Numbered from the stretch's first letter, positions 47,004-57,610 are shown. The stretch is 62,890 bases of DNA from an uncultured Candidatus Saccharibacteria bacterium (GCA_964361695.1 CAYIBQ010000001.1:1-62890); one strand, 5' to 3'. Program-made: numbers and translations. Notes: generated by a model not told the origin, from the sequence alone.

Positions 47004-48212
47004 CTAATCAGCAGAAATCGGCAATTCTATAAAAAACGTAGTGCCCGTATCCTCACTGCTTTCAAAGCGCACGTGGCCTTCATGCCCTTCTATGATCTTT
47101 TTGACGACAAAAAGCCCGAGGCCGGATCCGTTTGTCTGTACCGCGCGCGCATTGCGCGCGCGGTAGAATTTGCCAAAGATCTGTCCCTGCTCACCGATGG
47201 GTATGCCGATACCCTGATCCGCTACCTTGACGCGGACGGTCTTTCCGATGACACCAAGCGTTACCATGACCATTTTCCCCTCCGGCGTATATTTGACGGC
47301 GTTGTCTATGATGTTTTCAAATGCCATGCGGAGTGCGTCGCGGTCGCCGCGGACACTGCAGAACTCGTCTGCGGCATAGCGGAGCGTCACGCGCTTTTCT
47401 GCGGCAAGGGGCGAGAGCACTGTCACGATGTCTTTCAGCAGATCCGACAGTGAAATGATTTCCTTGGCGTACGCCGTGCGGCCGTCCTCAATGCGGGCGA
47501 CATTGAGAAGATTGGCGACCAGCCGCGCCATGTGAGCATTACTTGCCAAAAGCTGGTCAAGGAGCTTGCGCGTCTCCTCGGAAACCGCGTCGGAAAGTTC
47601 TTCTTCAAGTGTCTTTGCGATCCAGCGTGCCGCAGTCAGCGGTACCAGAAGCTGATGCGATACCATGGACAAAAACTCGGACTTTACCGAGGAAAGGCGG
47701 GATAGTTCTTTGTTCGCATCCTCCAGCTTGCTGTTTGCAGAAACCAGTTCTTCGGTGCGCTGTGCCACGCGCTCTTCCAGGCGGGCATTGGCCTCCTGCA
47801 GTTCTATCGTACGCTGGAGCACCCGTTCTTCAAGTTCGCTCTTGGAAAGCAGTTTTATTTTCTCTTTTTCCAGAAAGCCTTCGGGGATGCACGCCAGGAT
47901 ATCGGCGGCGGTGTCTATGGTTCCCCCCGATCTGACCGCGCGGGTATAAGCATCGGCAACTGATCGGTCAGCAAATTCATGTCCAAAACTGTCGGCAAGT
48001 AATTGAGCAAATACCCCTGTGAGACGCCGCACATGTTCTTTGGGATGAAGGGTATTCGCTTCAATGCCGCCTTTGGATGTAAACACGAGCTCTTGTTTTG
48101 GAAACGTACGGGCAAAAATCGCCACGACCGTTTGCTGTCCCAGGAGATGAACTACCGAAGCAGAAAGCGATTCGGCAAAAACGATAGTGATGTCTCGTCC
48201 TGATTCTGGCAT
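47004..48212 (-). CDS. Cytoplasmic histidine kinase (N-terminal sensor-like domain plus coiled coil plus HisKA plus HATPase_c)
   Basis: H-box MVSHQLLVPL. G-boxes DQGIGIP and GSGLGLFVVK. Confidence 0.8.
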   Translation of the reverse strand: MPESGRDITIVFAESLSASVVHLLGQQTVVAIFARTFPKQELVFTSKGGIEANTLHPKEHVRRLTGVFAQLLADSFGHEFADRSVADAYTRAVRSGGTIDTAADILACIPEGFLEKEKIKLLSKSELEERVLQRTIELQEANARLEERVAQRTEELVSANSKLEDANKELSRLSSVKSEFLSMVSHQLLVPLTAARWIAKTLEEELSDAVSEETRKLLDQLLASNAHMARLVANLLNVARIEDGRTAYAKEIISLSDLLKDIVTVLSPLAAEKRVTLRYAADEFCSVRGDRDALRMAFENIIDNAVKYTPEGKMVMVTLGVIGKTVRVKVADQGIGIPIGEQGQIFGKFYRARNARAVQTNGSGLGLFVVKKIIEGHEGHVRFESSEDTGTTFFIELPISAD

Positions 48213-48247
48213 GAGATATAAGGATAGAACGTTGGCCGGTTTAGCGG

Positions 48248-48550
48248 CTATGGACGCGCGAGCAGAGAGAATTTACGCGCGGCAAGAACAAACAGTAGCA
48301 TGCCGGAGACCATAAAAAGGTGGTGCACGTCCACGGCGGGCGCCACCAACAGATGCAGGCGGGTAAAAACAATGGTCCAGCCAAGCGCCATGATGTTAAA
48401 AAGCACGCCGCCTACTACCATGTTGAGCGCGGCACCCACGCTCCCACCGAGTGTGCGCTTGAGCGTGAGCATGAGCGAGATAGACACGATACCGATGATG
48501 ATACCGGCGATATCAAATGCGAGTACGGGTGTTAAAGTCATAGTGTTCAA
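48248..48550 (-). CDS. Small three-TM membrane protein
   Basis: 100 aa, three hydrophobic helices. Confidence 0.5.
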   Translation of the reverse strand: MNTMTLTPVLAFDIAGIIIGIVSISLMLTLKRTLGGSVGAALNMVVGGVLFNIMALGWTIVFTRLHLLVAPAVDVHHLFMVSGMLLFVLAARKFSLLARP

Positions 48551-48587
48551 TGGGATAGTAAATAATTACTTCTTAATAATTACTTCT

Positions 48588-48977
48588 TTATGAAATGTCA
48601 GATGGTCGTGATACGTGGATCAGCAAAGCAAGTGCGGCTCCCAGCAGACCGATGTCGCGGAATGTCACCGGATCAATACCGACGGCACCAATGATAACAG
48701 AGAGATGCGCTACGGCAAATGCCGCGGCAATTTGGACCATACGGCGCGGCAGAAACCATGCGATCATACCACCCGCGAGCGCCAATTCGCCCATGCCCTG
48801 CACACGGAGAAATATCTCAAGAGGCATGACCGGCGTTACCATCTGCGAGAACCATTGCGGCACAAACCCATACCAATTATACGGATGAGCAGTGAGATCC
48901 CACCCGGAATAGAGAAATGTCAGCCCGAGGCCAGCACGCAAAACCCAGACGGGCCGGATTTTTCCCAAAAAATGCAT
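48588..48977 (-). CDS. DoxX-like small membrane protein
   Basis: 129 aa, four TM helices, DoxX-like size and topology. Confidence 0.5.
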   Translation of the reverse strand: MHFLGKIRPVWVLRAGLGLTFLYSGWDLTAHPYNWYGFVPQWFSQMVTPVMPLEIFLRVQGMGELALAGGMIAWFLPRRMVQIAAAFAVAHLSVIIGAVGIDPVTFRDIGLLGAALALLIHVSRPSDIS

Positions 48978-49025
48978 GTTTTAGTATATCACGCATTACG
49001 GATAAATACTGTCCACAGGCATCAG

Positions 49026-49730
49026 TTATCCCATCAGTGCCGCTAGCAGGGCGCCTATGCCATAGGAAAGTGCGGCGGCAGAGCCGCCGATGACGAGCAT
49101 TTCACATCCGCAGAATATCCACGAACTTTGCGAGAAGAAACTGCGCAAAGCGCCGATAATAAACAACGCTCCTGCCGTACCCGTAACTGCGATGCCAAAT
49201 AGCGCTCCCGTACCCATAAAAATATAGGGAAGCAGGGGGATACTCCCCGCGATCACGAACGAGCAGAACGTGCGCATGGCACTCTGCAACGACGAATCGC
49301 CGCCGGGCTTTTGCATGCCCAGTTCATCGTGCATCATGAGATCCACCCACATGGTATCGTTGGCGCACACCAATCGTGTCATCTCATCCAGATCAGCGCC
49401 CGCATAGCCCTTTTGCTCTAAGATGTCCCGTATCTCCTGCCGCTCGTCGTCCGGCCGCTCGCGTATCTCGCGGTACTCCTCCGCTTCTTCTTTTGCATAA
49501 AAATCGGCCTCGGATTTACTTCCGAGATAATCCCCGCTTGCCATGGAAAATCCGTCGGCAAAGAGGTTGGCGATGCCTACGATGAGAATCGTAAGCGGAG
49601 ACAGCGACCCGCCGACCGTTGCGGCGACTACGGCAAACGTCGTCACAATGCCATCGTTGGCCGCATACACCACATCTTTAATATGGCGCCCGGTACGCAT
49701 GTGTCGTTCGCGCTCTGCGGCATTTGTCAT
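49026..49730 (-). CDS. VIT1/CCC1-family iron/manganese transporter
   Basis: VYAANDGIVTTFAVVA, an acidic cytoplasmic helix bundle (EEAEEYREIRERPDDERQEI), and C-terminal TM helices. Confidence 0.75.
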   Translation of the reverse strand: MTNAAERERHMRTGRHIKDVVYAANDGIVTTFAVVAATVGGSLSPLTILIVGIANLFADGFSMASGDYLGSKSEADFYAKEEAEEYREIRERPDDERQEIRDILEQKGYAGADLDEMTRLVCANDTMWVDLMMHDELGMQKPGGDSSLQSAMRTFCSFVIAGSIPLLPYIFMGTGALFGIAVTGTAGALFIIGALRSFFSQSSWIFCGCEMLVIGGSAAALSYGIGALLAALMG

Positions 49731-50263
49731 GATATGTGATATAAAGTTTTATTTTTAAAAGGAATGAGCGCCATGATCACGGCTTCGCGGTAATAGCTTT
49801 TGCGGTCAATCGCATTGCCGGTCAAAAGACCAATAGCCCCGTTTTCCTGTTTGGAGTTTACCCGCCCGAATACTATGTCATCCGCTTCTCCCAATTCTTT
49901 GCCCTCGCCGATGAGTGCGGCCACGCGAGGGGGGAGAAAAAATCCGGCACTCCGCGCTTTTCCCTTCCTCCCCACAGCATCCTGGACAGCAACCCACGCA
50001 AACGCTTCCATGCCGTCTTCGTTTGTCGAGACCCCTCCCTCAATACCTATATAAAAGTCGCCCCTAGACGCTGTGGCAACGGCCGCAGAGCGCTGGATAG
50101 CGCCTGCCCTAGTCTCTTCATTACTTCGGGGTTGGTCGCTCACGCCCGATGCTACTGCCATCCCCTCAACAACAAATACTTCTCCGGGAAATATGCGTTC
50201 AAATCCCTCCCGCACGGCTGCGAGCTTGACCGGATTGTGTGATGCCACGATCACTTTTTTCAT
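49727..50263 (-). CDS. Non-canonical purine NTP phosphatase (YjjX/DUF84 family)
   Basis: VASHNPVKLAAV...GVSDQP...ET..GA..R pattern. ~175 aa. 4-nt overlaps with both neighbours. Confidence 0.7.
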   Translation of the reverse strand: MKKVIVASHNPVKLAAVREGFERIFPGEVFVVEGMAVASGVSDQPRSNEETRAGAIQRSAAVATASRGDFYIGIEGGVSTNEDGMEAFAWVAVQDAVGRKGKARSAGFFLPPRVAALIGEGKELGEADDIVFGRVNSKQENGAIGLLTGNAIDRKSYYREAVIMALIPFKNKTLYHIS

Positions 50264-50721
50264 ACCATTGCCGTATCATTCCATCCCCAGTCGCAAAACA
50301 TCCCGCCTTTTCTTGCGTGCTCAATGGCGTGACGGAGATATGCGACGGTATTTTCCGGCAGATTGTCCGCCGGAAACCATCCCACCTCGTCGCACTTTTC
50401 GGGCTCCCTATTGCGCGGCTCTCCGGCGTAGCGCTCTGCAGTAAAGAAAAAATCGCTCCGCGTGCCTGTCTCATCATGCGGCGCGCGGTACATGATATAT
50501 GCGAGCCGCAGATCTTCGGGACGGACAGACAGACCCACCTCTTCCCCGGTCTCGCGCACGACCGCAGAGCAGAGTGACTCACCCGCTTCCACGTGCCCTG
50601 ACGGCACCATATATTTTCCGTCTTCGTATCCGGTCTGGTACCGGCGCGTCAGCAGTATATTCCCTTTCTTATAGAGAAAGAGATAGACAGCCGGCACGGT
50701 CTTAAATCGTTCACGCGCCAT
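50260..50721 (-). CDS. NUDIX hydrolase
   Basis: Nudix box GHVEAGESLCSAVVRETGEEVGL. Confidence 0.85.
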   Translation of the reverse strand: MARERFKTVPAVYLFLYKKGNILLTRRYQTGYEDGKYMVPSGHVEAGESLCSAVVRETGEEVGLSVRPEDLRLAYIMYRAPHDETGTRSDFFFTAERYAGEPRNREPEKCDEVGWFPADNLPENTVAYLRHAIEHARKGGMFCDWGWNDTAMV

Positions 50722-50841
50722 ACCCTATAAGGTGAAATGGGTAAGAATATTTCCAGTATAAGTGGTAAGACACGGAGAAGCAAAACATCTTAATGAATGA
50801 CAAAATAATATACAGGGGTGGAACCCCTGTATTGTTCTGCG

Positions 50842-52629
50842 CTATCCCCTTTTCTTTGCTTTGTTGCGGTCGTTTTCGGTGAGGAATTGTTTGCGGAGAC
50901 GAACGTTTTTGGGTGTAATTTCCAGATACTCGTCCTCGGCCATGACTTCCAGACCACGCTCTATCGTAAGCAGAAGAGGTGGCGTCAACATGATGGACTC
51001 GTCCGAGCCGGAAGCGCGCATGTTGGTGAGCTGTTTTCCCTTGGTCGGATTGACCGACATTTCCTCGCCTTTCGCCGTATTGCCGATCACCATGCCTTCA
51101 TATACTTCCACGCCTGCCGGAATATAAAGCGTGCCGCGGTCCTGCAAATTCCACAGCGAGAAGCCCGCGGCCTTGCCCGGCGCCATGGAAATCATGGATC
51201 CCACATGGCGCTTTTTTATCTCCCCCGCCCACGGGAAAAATCCAATGACGCGGGACGACATGATACCCTCGCCTCTGGTATCAATCATAAACTGATTGCG
51301 GTAGCCGAGCAGTCCGCGCGTGGGGCCGCGGAATGTCAGCCGCACCAGGTCGCCGGAAACGCGCAGATCCTCCACGACAAACCCTCGCGTGCCAAGCCGT
51401 TCAATAATGGCGCCCTGATACGCCGACGGCGTGTCTATGATCACCTCTTCAAACGGCTCGTGTTTTACGCCGTTTTCCTGGCGGATGATGACCTGCGGCT
51501 GGGACACCTGCAGTTCATATCCCTCGCGGCGCATCTGCTCCAGTAGTATAGAGATGTGCAGTTCTCCGCGACCGGACACGGCAAATGTTTCAGCAGAGCC
51601 GAAATCCACTTTCAGTCCCACGTTTACTTCCAATTCGCGTATGAGACGTGCGCGCAGTTCCCGCGACGTGAGAAAGGTTCCCTCTTTGCCTGCAAACGGA
51701 GAATTATTCACCAAAAAATTCAAAACGATCGTGGGCTCGTCCACGGCAATTGCGGGCAATGCGGTACCCGCAGGATCGGTCATGACCGTCTCTCCGATAT
51801 CAATGTCGGGCAGGCCTGCGAGCATGACAATTTCTCCTGCCTCGGCCCGTTCGGTCTCCACCTTTTCCAACCCCTTGAACGTGAAGAGTTTTATGATTTT
51901 TCCCTGGCGCACGTCGCCATTGGGCTTTTTCATATACACGTTTTGCTTGTTTTCCAGCACGCCCTCATACACGCGGCCCACCGCGAGCCGCCCCAGAAAA
52001 TTATCGTATCCCAAATTGAACGGCTGGAACCGGAGTGACTTTTGGATGCTTGCGGCGGGTGCTGGTGCGACGTGCGCGAGCACGGTCTCCAACAGAGGCG
52101 TGAGGTCGGTGGAAGCATCGGTCAGCTTCTTTTTTGCAATGCCTTCGCGTCCGATGGCGTACACCACGGGAAAACTGGCCTGCTCGTCATTGGCTCCCAA
52201 TTCCAGGAACAAATCGAGCACCTGCTCTTCGCACCGATGCGGATCTGCCGCTGGCTTGTCTATTTTATTGATCACTACGATCGGCTTGATACCCAGCTCA
52301 AGAGATTTTTTCAATACAAAGCGCGTCTGGGGCATGGGGCCTTCCTGGGCGTCCACGACAAGAAGCACCGAATCAATCGCGCGCAGAACTCGTTCCACTT
52401 CCGAGCCGAAGTCCGCGTGCCCCGGGGTATCCACGATATTTATTTTCGTGTCTTTGTAGAAAACCGAGGCATTTTTTGAATAAATCGTAATGCCGCGCTC
52501 CAGTTCAAGCGTGTTGGAATCCATAGATACCCCCTCTTGCCCCACGCCCATCTGGCGCATCAGAGCATCGGTCAAGGTGGTCTTGCCGTGGTCTACGTGG
52601 GCGATAATTGCGATGTTGCGAATTTCCAT
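50842..52629 (-). CDS. typA: Translational GTPase TypA/BipA
   Basis: MEIRNIAIIAHVDHGKTTL, DTPGHADF, NKIDK, and an EF-G-like domain order. I start it at the internal ATG 52629, directly after the helicase stop. The track ORF extends to 52734. Confidence 0.9.
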   Translation of the reverse strand: MEIRNIAIIAHVDHGKTTLTDALMRQMGVGQEGVSMDSNTLELERGITIYSKNASVFYKDTKINIVDTPGHADFGSEVERVLRAIDSVLLVVDAQEGPMPQTRFVLKKSLELGIKPIVVINKIDKPAADPHRCEEQVLDLFLELGANDEQASFPVVYAIGREGIAKKKLTDASTDLTPLLETVLAHVAPAPAASIQKSLRFQPFNLGYDNFLGRLAVGRVYEGVLENKQNVYMKKPNGDVRQGKIIKLFTFKGLEKVETERAEAGEIVMLAGLPDIDIGETVMTDPAGTALPAIAVDEPTIVLNFLVNNSPFAGKEGTFLTSRELRARLIRELEVNVGLKVDFGSAETFAVSGRGELHISILLEQMRREGYELQVSQPQVIIRQENGVKHEPFEEVIIDTPSAYQGAIIERLGTRGFVVEDLRVSGDLVRLTFRGPTRGLLGYRNQFMIDTRGEGIMSSRVIGFFPWAGEIKKRHVGSMISMAPGKAAGFSLWNLQDRGTLYIPAGVEVYEGMVIGNTAKGEEMSVNPTKGKQLTNMRASGSDESIMLTPPLLLTIERGLEVMAEDEYLEITPKNVRLRKQFLTENDRNKAKKRG

Positions 52630-52630
52630 A

Positions 52631-53911
52631 TTAGCGCCTGCCCCGCCATGCGGGACGGCTCGCGCCAAACCCACCGCGGCCCCCGCCGCGATTGAACGGA
52701 CGAGCACCGGCGCGGGCGAAAGGACGGGGGGCAAATTCCCGATCCAGACGCATGCCGGGTACAGGCGGGCGCTCGGGCGGCAATTCCGGCAATTGCGACA
52801 CTGGCAATGCTTTTTTGATCAGGCGTTCAATACTGCGGACTTCGTTCCGTTCGTTGGGTGCGGCAAATGATATCGCATGACCACCAGCGCCGGCGCGGCC
52901 TGTGCGGCCGATGCGGTGCACATAGTCGTCCGAACTTGCAGGCAGATCGTAGTTGATGACCAGTTCAATGCCGCGCACGTCAATCCCGCGCGAAGCAATG
53001 TCGGTCGCGACAAGTACCCTATATTTTCCGGAGCGAAATCCATCCAGCGCTTCGCGCCGCTGTGAGAGTGAACGGTTGGAATGAATCTCGGCGCCGGAGT
53101 GTCCCATAGAGCGGATCGCACGCGTGAGGCGCTTGGCCATGTGTTTGGTGCGCGTAAATATGAGGGTACTGCCGCGATAGTCAACGAGCAGTTTGTCCAA
53201 CAGCCGGTTCTTATCATTTTTCGGGATGATGAAAATTTCCTGTGTTACACCCTCCGCCGCAGTGCCCGAGGGCGCTACTTCCACGCGGATGGGCAGTGCC
53301 ATATAGCGCGTGGCCATTTTCATGATCTCGTGGGGCATGGTCGCGGAAAAAAGCATGGTCTGGCGTTCGACAGGCAGTGCCGCAAAGATCTTTTGAATCT
53401 GCGGCGCAAATCCCATATCCAGCATGCGGTCGGCTTCATCCAACACCATGATAGAAGTATCTTTGAGAGAAAGTATTTTTTGTTCCAAGTGGTCAATGAT
53501 GCGGCCGGGCGTGCCGATGACGATGTGCGGATTGCGGCGCAAAGCGCCGATCTGCGGCCCCATGGCGGCACCACCAATCAGGAGTGCGGTACGCAGTCCC
53601 AATGTCCTGCCTATTTTCCGCAGTGATTCGTCCACCTGATGCGCCAGTTCGCGAGTAGGCAAGACCACCAGTCCTTTTCCTTTTATCTGTCCGATGCGCT
53701 GTATCATGGGGACACCAAAAGCCAGTGTCTTGCCCGTGCCCGTCTGGGCAATACCTACGACATCTTTTCCTTCAATCGCGACGGGAATCGCCTGTTCCTG
53801 TATCGGCGTTGGGGTAGTAAAATTGAGAGTATCCAGGATGCTCAAAATCCTCGGCGCGATGCCGAGGCCGTAAAAGCCCGATCCTCCTGGTGTATGGTTA
53901 TGCGGTGTCAT
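52631..53911 (-). CDS. DEAD-box ATP-dependent RNA helicase
   Basis: Q-motif region, AQTGTGKT, VLDEADRM, SAT, HRIGRTGRAG, and an R/G-rich C-terminal tail. Confidence 0.9.
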   Translation of the reverse strand: MTPHNHTPGGSGFYGLGIAPRILSILDTLNFTTPTPIQEQAIPVAIEGKDVVGIAQTGTGKTLAFGVPMIQRIGQIKGKGLVVLPTRELAHQVDESLRKIGRTLGLRTALLIGGAAMGPQIGALRRNPHIVIGTPGRIIDHLEQKILSLKDTSIMVLDEADRMLDMGFAPQIQKIFAALPVERQTMLFSATMPHEIMKMATRYMALPIRVEVAPSGTAAEGVTQEIFIIPKNDKNRLLDKLLVDYRGSTLIFTRTKHMAKRLTRAIRSMGHSGAEIHSNRSLSQRREALDGFRSGKYRVLVATDIASRGIDVRGIELVINYDLPASSDDYVHRIGRTGRAGAGGHAISFAAPNERNEVRSIERLIKKALPVSQLPELPPERPPVPGMRLDREFAPRPFARAGARPFNRGGGRGGFGASRPAWRGRR

Positions 53912-54000
53912 AAGTTCATTCTACCATATCCGCAGAAAAAAATCAAATCCCATGAAAAAGCCGACGGTCTCATAGACGCGCCGGCACACCGATATTCTTG

Positions 54001-54552
54001 CTATACTTTAATATTTTTGAAAGCGGCCCATCCGTCATCCCCGCTTTCGTAGTCCTCCAGAAGTTCTACCTCTGTCTCGTGATCCGGCCCCAAACGCTGA
54101 CACTCGTATACAAAGCGTCGGGCCTCAGCCAGCCGATCGTACACGAGGTGCCATAAAAGGCGGGTGATTCTGTTCGGGTGGTTGGGATCTTGATACGCGA
54201 GCGCCATGCAAGCGAAATATCGCGCGCGAGCTTTATCCAGTTTCCTGATGGAAGCACTGATCGCGTGATGGTACCAAAACCAAATGATTTCGTACCACCA
54301 CATGCGGTCATCTTCATCCAATACGCCTGGGTCTATGGCCTCCAGCGCCTCTCTCGTCTGAACGAGAATGTCTGTCGGGTCATCATAGCACCAAGTATTG
54401 AATAAGAACTTGTCCTGGTCTTTCTGCATGTACGCGTCATGCAGAGCGCGAAAACTATTTACTCCAAAAAGATCAAATGCCTCCTGTGCCGTCTGTGACA
54501 TCTGCACATCCTCCTCCTTGGAGAACTCTGCGAAACATAAAAAACCTAGCAC
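54001..54552 (-). CDS. Hypothetical W/Y/D-rich protein
   Basis: ORF with protein-like composition. The probable true start is MSQTAQEAF (54501). Confidence 0.45.
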   Translation of the reverse strand: MLGFLCFAEFSKEEDVQMSQTAQEAFDLFGVNSFRALHDAYMQKDQDKFLFNTWCYDDPTDILVQTREALEAIDPGVLDEDDRMWWYEIIWFWYHHAISASIRKLDKARARYFACMALAYQDPNHPNRITRLLWHLVYDRLAEARRFVYECQRLGPDHETEVELLEDYESGDDGWAAFKNIKV

Positions 54553-54596
54553 ACATCCGTGCCGTTTTCAAGTCCCCGCAAAAGGACAAAAAAGAT

Positions 54597-54635
54597 AGTA
54601 TACACTAACAAACGATCGTGGTGTTAGTGTATACT
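54597..54635 (-). terminator. 14-bp-stem hairpin, paralogous to the palindrome at 40282..40321
   Basis: AGTATACACTAACA (54597..54610), an 11-nt loop, then TGTTAGTGTATACT (54622..54635). It lies 15 nt downstream of the stop of 54650..55132. It shares the pattern AGATAGTATACACnAACAAACGATCGT with 40278..40305. Confidence 0.55.
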
Positions 54636-54649
54636 TGCAGAATTTCGTC

Positions 54650-55132
54650 CTACTGACGAAGAAAACGTACGGGGATGCGGCGCTCATCCGCGTGTTCGGG
54701 CAGGCCGGATGGATTGTCTTTTTGCAGGACAAGGATGCCTGTCTCCGTCGTGGATGTGGCAAAAGAAAGGTTCGCTTCAAACGGCACAAAGTCGGTGGTC
54801 ATCCATTCTTCCAGCGCTATCGCGGGCGTCACGCCCAGTTCCCTGCCTTCCTCATCCAGGACGCGTACCGGAAATGATGCTTCAAAAAACCAATTTCCAC
54901 GCGCTGTCCCTGCCACGCGCAGAGGGCTTGCAACGACCTCATCGGACAGGGGTGTTGCCACCCGGATCATCGGATCCTCTTCTTTTTCCGTTTCTTGCGG
55001 TGCCTCCACAACAGATGGCGGTTGCTCCGGCACGGGTTCCAATTTCGGTAGTGTCGGAAGCCCGATGAAACTTGCAAGAAACGCTACGACAAAGAGAATG
55101 AGGAAGACCGGAATTATTTTTCGGGATAGCAC
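54650..55132 (-). CDS. Membrane-anchored Gmad2-type immunoglobulin-like domain protein
   Basis: TM anchor, then SPLRVAGTARGNWFFEASFPVRVLDEEG...WMTTDFVPFEANLSF, the Gmad2 pattern. Confidence 0.65.
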   Translation of the reverse strand: MLSRKIIPVFLILFVVAFLASFIGLPTLPKLEPVPEQPPSVVEAPQETEKEEDPMIRVATPLSDEVVASPLRVAGTARGNWFFEASFPVRVLDEEGRELGVTPAIALEEWMTTDFVPFEANLSFATSTTETGILVLQKDNPSGLPEHADERRIPVRFLRQ

Positions 55133-56592
55133 TGCTTGCAGTAGTTATAGTTGTCTGATCCTACCGGACCGGCATATTCGCACTTTGGCGCCGCGGCAAA
55201 GAGAGAGCAATCAACCGCGGCCTTTGTCTGTATTTCCGTCTGGCGTTTGGTTTCGGCTTCGGTCTGCCTCCGTACTTCCTCGTCATACTGACGCTGTTGT
55301 TCTTCCTGCGTCCGCCGCTCCGTCTCCGATTGGTTGCCGACAGACCCGCCATCAGGCAGGCGCGGGGTCTGCTGTGGGGATGGGGTCGCATGATCCCCGC
55401 CACTCCCGGTCGCTTCGCGGATCTGGCGCGCAGTTTCTTCGGCAATACACGCGTTGAGTTTTTCCTGCACGTCTCCGGGTAACGCGCGCTCTCCGCCTTC
55501 TGCGTCTTTCTCTCCCCCACCACTTCTCGCGCCGACTCCCTGAAGACACGCAATCATCTCGCCGCATGATTTTTCTCCGCACGTCCGCAGTTCGGCATCC
55601 GCTTCCGCATTGCCTTTTGCCCGTCCCTCGCCTTCCATCCTTGCCCGCACTTCGGCCGCGACGCCGGAAAATTCTTCCGTCAGCCCATGCTGTTCGGCAA
55701 ATGCCATGCACTCCTGCTGATGCGCAGGATCCGTACAAAATTGCTCGCACATCTGTTTGCTCCTGCACCCGCCAGGGCCCACGCCTTTTGTCTTTCTCGC
55801 CAACGCGGCATCTTCTGCGGAAAGGATGCCTGCGCGCTCGCCAAACGATACACACGATTCCCTGCCTCTGCACTGCCCTGGGGTCTCGCCCCCACGGATG
55901 AGCGGCGCAAATTTCTTGGCTTCCGCTAACTCCTCACCACTCATGATCCCCGCTTTTTCAGCAAACGCAAGACATTCATCTATATGCGCCTGATCGGCGC
56001 AATATGTTTCGCACGCCGCTTTTCTGCCGCAGTTGCCCGGCGTTTTGATGCCACTTTCGATGAGAGGAATAATCTTCTCCGCGGCCATGGCCTCGTCCTC
56101 CGAACAATATGCTTCGCACGCGGCGCGCGTCCGGCACCCCCCGGGCAGAGTCGCACCCTGCGCCAAAAGCCCCGCGAGCTTGCGCCCTTCGGCTATTTCC
56201 TCTGCGGAGCGGAGCCCGTGTTTTTCGGCAAAATCAAGGCACTCGCCAAGGTGCTCCGTATCCTCGCAGTATTGCTCGCATGAGCGCGTATCGCGGCATC
56301 CGCCCGGACCCTCGGCAATACCAAGCCGCACGGCGTACCGCTCGGCTTCTTCCAACTGATCCGGTGGCAATAGGTTGTGCTTTTTTGCAAACCCGATGCA
56401 TGCGCGGACACGCTCTCCATTATCGCGCGCATTGCAATATGTCCGACACGCCGCCTCATCGCGACACCCGCCAAGCTCCGCCACTGGATGGACGATATCC
56501 GCTTTTGACGATGCGTATACCGCATACGCGGACGCAAAAGCAACCAATGCAACGGTAAAAAAGAGAAAAGATCGCTTGTGCCGGACGAACAT
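55114..56592 (-). CDS. Secreted cysteine-rich repeat protein
   Basis: Signal peptide, then about 6 copies of GGCR-x4-C-x2-YC-x6-10-C-x2-FAEKHGL-x-SxEE. The tail is E/R/Q-rich with terminal cysteines. Confidence 0.7.
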   Translation of the reverse strand: MFVRHKRSFLFFTVALVAFASAYAVYASSKADIVHPVAELGGCRDEAACRTYCNARDNGERVRACIGFAKKHNLLPPDQLEEAERYAVRLGIAEGPGGCRDTRSCEQYCEDTEHLGECLDFAEKHGLRSAEEIAEGRKLAGLLAQGATLPGGCRTRAACEAYCSEDEAMAAEKIIPLIESGIKTPGNCGRKAACETYCADQAHIDECLAFAEKAGIMSGEELAEAKKFAPLIRGGETPGQCRGRESCVSFGERAGILSAEDAALARKTKGVGPGGCRSKQMCEQFCTDPAHQQECMAFAEQHGLTEEFSGVAAEVRARMEGEGRAKGNAEADAELRTCGEKSCGEMIACLQGVGARSGGGEKDAEGGERALPGDVQEKLNACIAEETARQIREATGSGGDHATPSPQQTPRLPDGGSVGNQSETERRTQEEQQRQYDEEVRRQTEAETKRQTEIQTKAAVDCSLFAAAPKCEYAGPVGSDNYNYCKQCYPEK

Positions 56593-56594
56593 AT

Positions 56595-56942
56595 TTAAAA
56601 AGGATTTTTATAGGTGTCTTGGTACGGGTTGGTGTCCGCGTCAAAGGGATTGGTGTCCGCCGCAAACGGATTGGTCTCTGGCACGTCATTTTTAAGCGGA
56701 TTTTGCGCGCCCTCAAAAATCTGGGCGCCAAGCCCATTCCTATTTTCAGCAGTGTCCTCGGGCAATGGCTCCCCTGCGCGGCGCATGTACCACCATACTG
56801 CCACAATGACCGCGAGAAGTACGGCTGCCGCGAGCACGAGATTTTTCTTCTGCATCATATAATATATGATAGCGCGCGGCGCCATCTGCGCAAAAAAGTA
56901 ATCCACAGCAGGGCAGGATCTCTGCCTGCGCCCTATCATCAC
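56595..56942 (-). CDS. Small membrane-anchored protein
   Basis: TM segment [18 protein letters not shown]. The start is uncertain: a GTG at 56942 overlapping the upstream stop, or the ATG at 56858 (MMQKKN). Confidence 0.45.
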   Translation of the reverse strand: MMIGRRQRSCPAVDYFFAQMAPRAIIYYMMQKKNLVLAAAVLLAVIVAVWWYMRRAGEPLPEDTAENRNGLGAQIFEGAQNPLKNDVPETNPFAADTNPFDADTNPYQDTYKNPF

Positions 56943-57610
56943 TTCTCTGTTATTTCCACGGTGTTGATAGCGACGTTCTCAATCGGGTGATCGCCACGCG
57001 CCTTGTCCGTCTGCACGGTTTCTATTTTTTCCACCACATCCATGCCCGCGGTTACTCTGCCAAATACCGTGTGCTTACCGTCCAGCCACGGAGTCGCATC
57101 TGCGGTCACAATGAAGAATTGGCTTCCGTTTGTCGCAGGACCCGCATTGGCCATTGCAATGACGCCCTGTACGATTTTGTGCTGGTTAATTTCATCTTTG
57201 AAGGTGTACCCAGGGCCGCCCGTGCCGTCATTGCTCCAGTCGTCATCTTTGCTGTTCGGGTCTCCTCCCTGAATCATGAAGTCCTTGATGACGCGGTGAA
57301 ATCGCGTGCCGTTATAAAATCCTTCGCGCGAAAGTTTTACGAAATTCTCCACCGTCACCGGCGCGTCTTTCGGAAAAAGCTCCAGCGTGACATCGCCATA
57401 ATTTGTTTTGAGTGTTACGTGTATCGTGTCTGCCATATTTTTTTGCGGTGTCTCACCTCCCGTTTGTTGCTGTCCGGCGGGTATTGCCGTCTCCAGTAAG
57501 GGGGTCGGCGGTGACGACGTGCCCCGTGTGTACCAATAATACCATCCGCCGAATCCCACAGCGACGACTGCGGCGGCCAAAAAAATATACGATGTTCTGC
57601 CCTGCATCAT
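56939..57610 (-). CDS. ppiB: Membrane-anchored cyclophilin-type peptidyl-prolyl isomerase
   Basis: [15 protein letters not shown] and [17 protein letters not shown] start it at [16 protein letters not shown] (57610). The longer track ORF (to 57769) adds 53 non-protein-like codons. Confidence 0.85.
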   Translation of the reverse strand: MMQGRTSYIFLAAAVVAVGFGGWYYWYTRGTSSPPTPLLETAIPAGQQQTGGETPQKNMADTIHVTLKTNYGDVTLELFPKDAPVTVENFVKLSREGFYNGTRFHRVIKDFMIQGGDPNSKDDDWSNDGTGGPGYTFKDEINQHKIVQGVIAMANAGPATNGSQFFIVTADATPWLDGKHTVFGRVTAGMDVVEKIETVQTDKARGDHPIENVAINTVEITEK

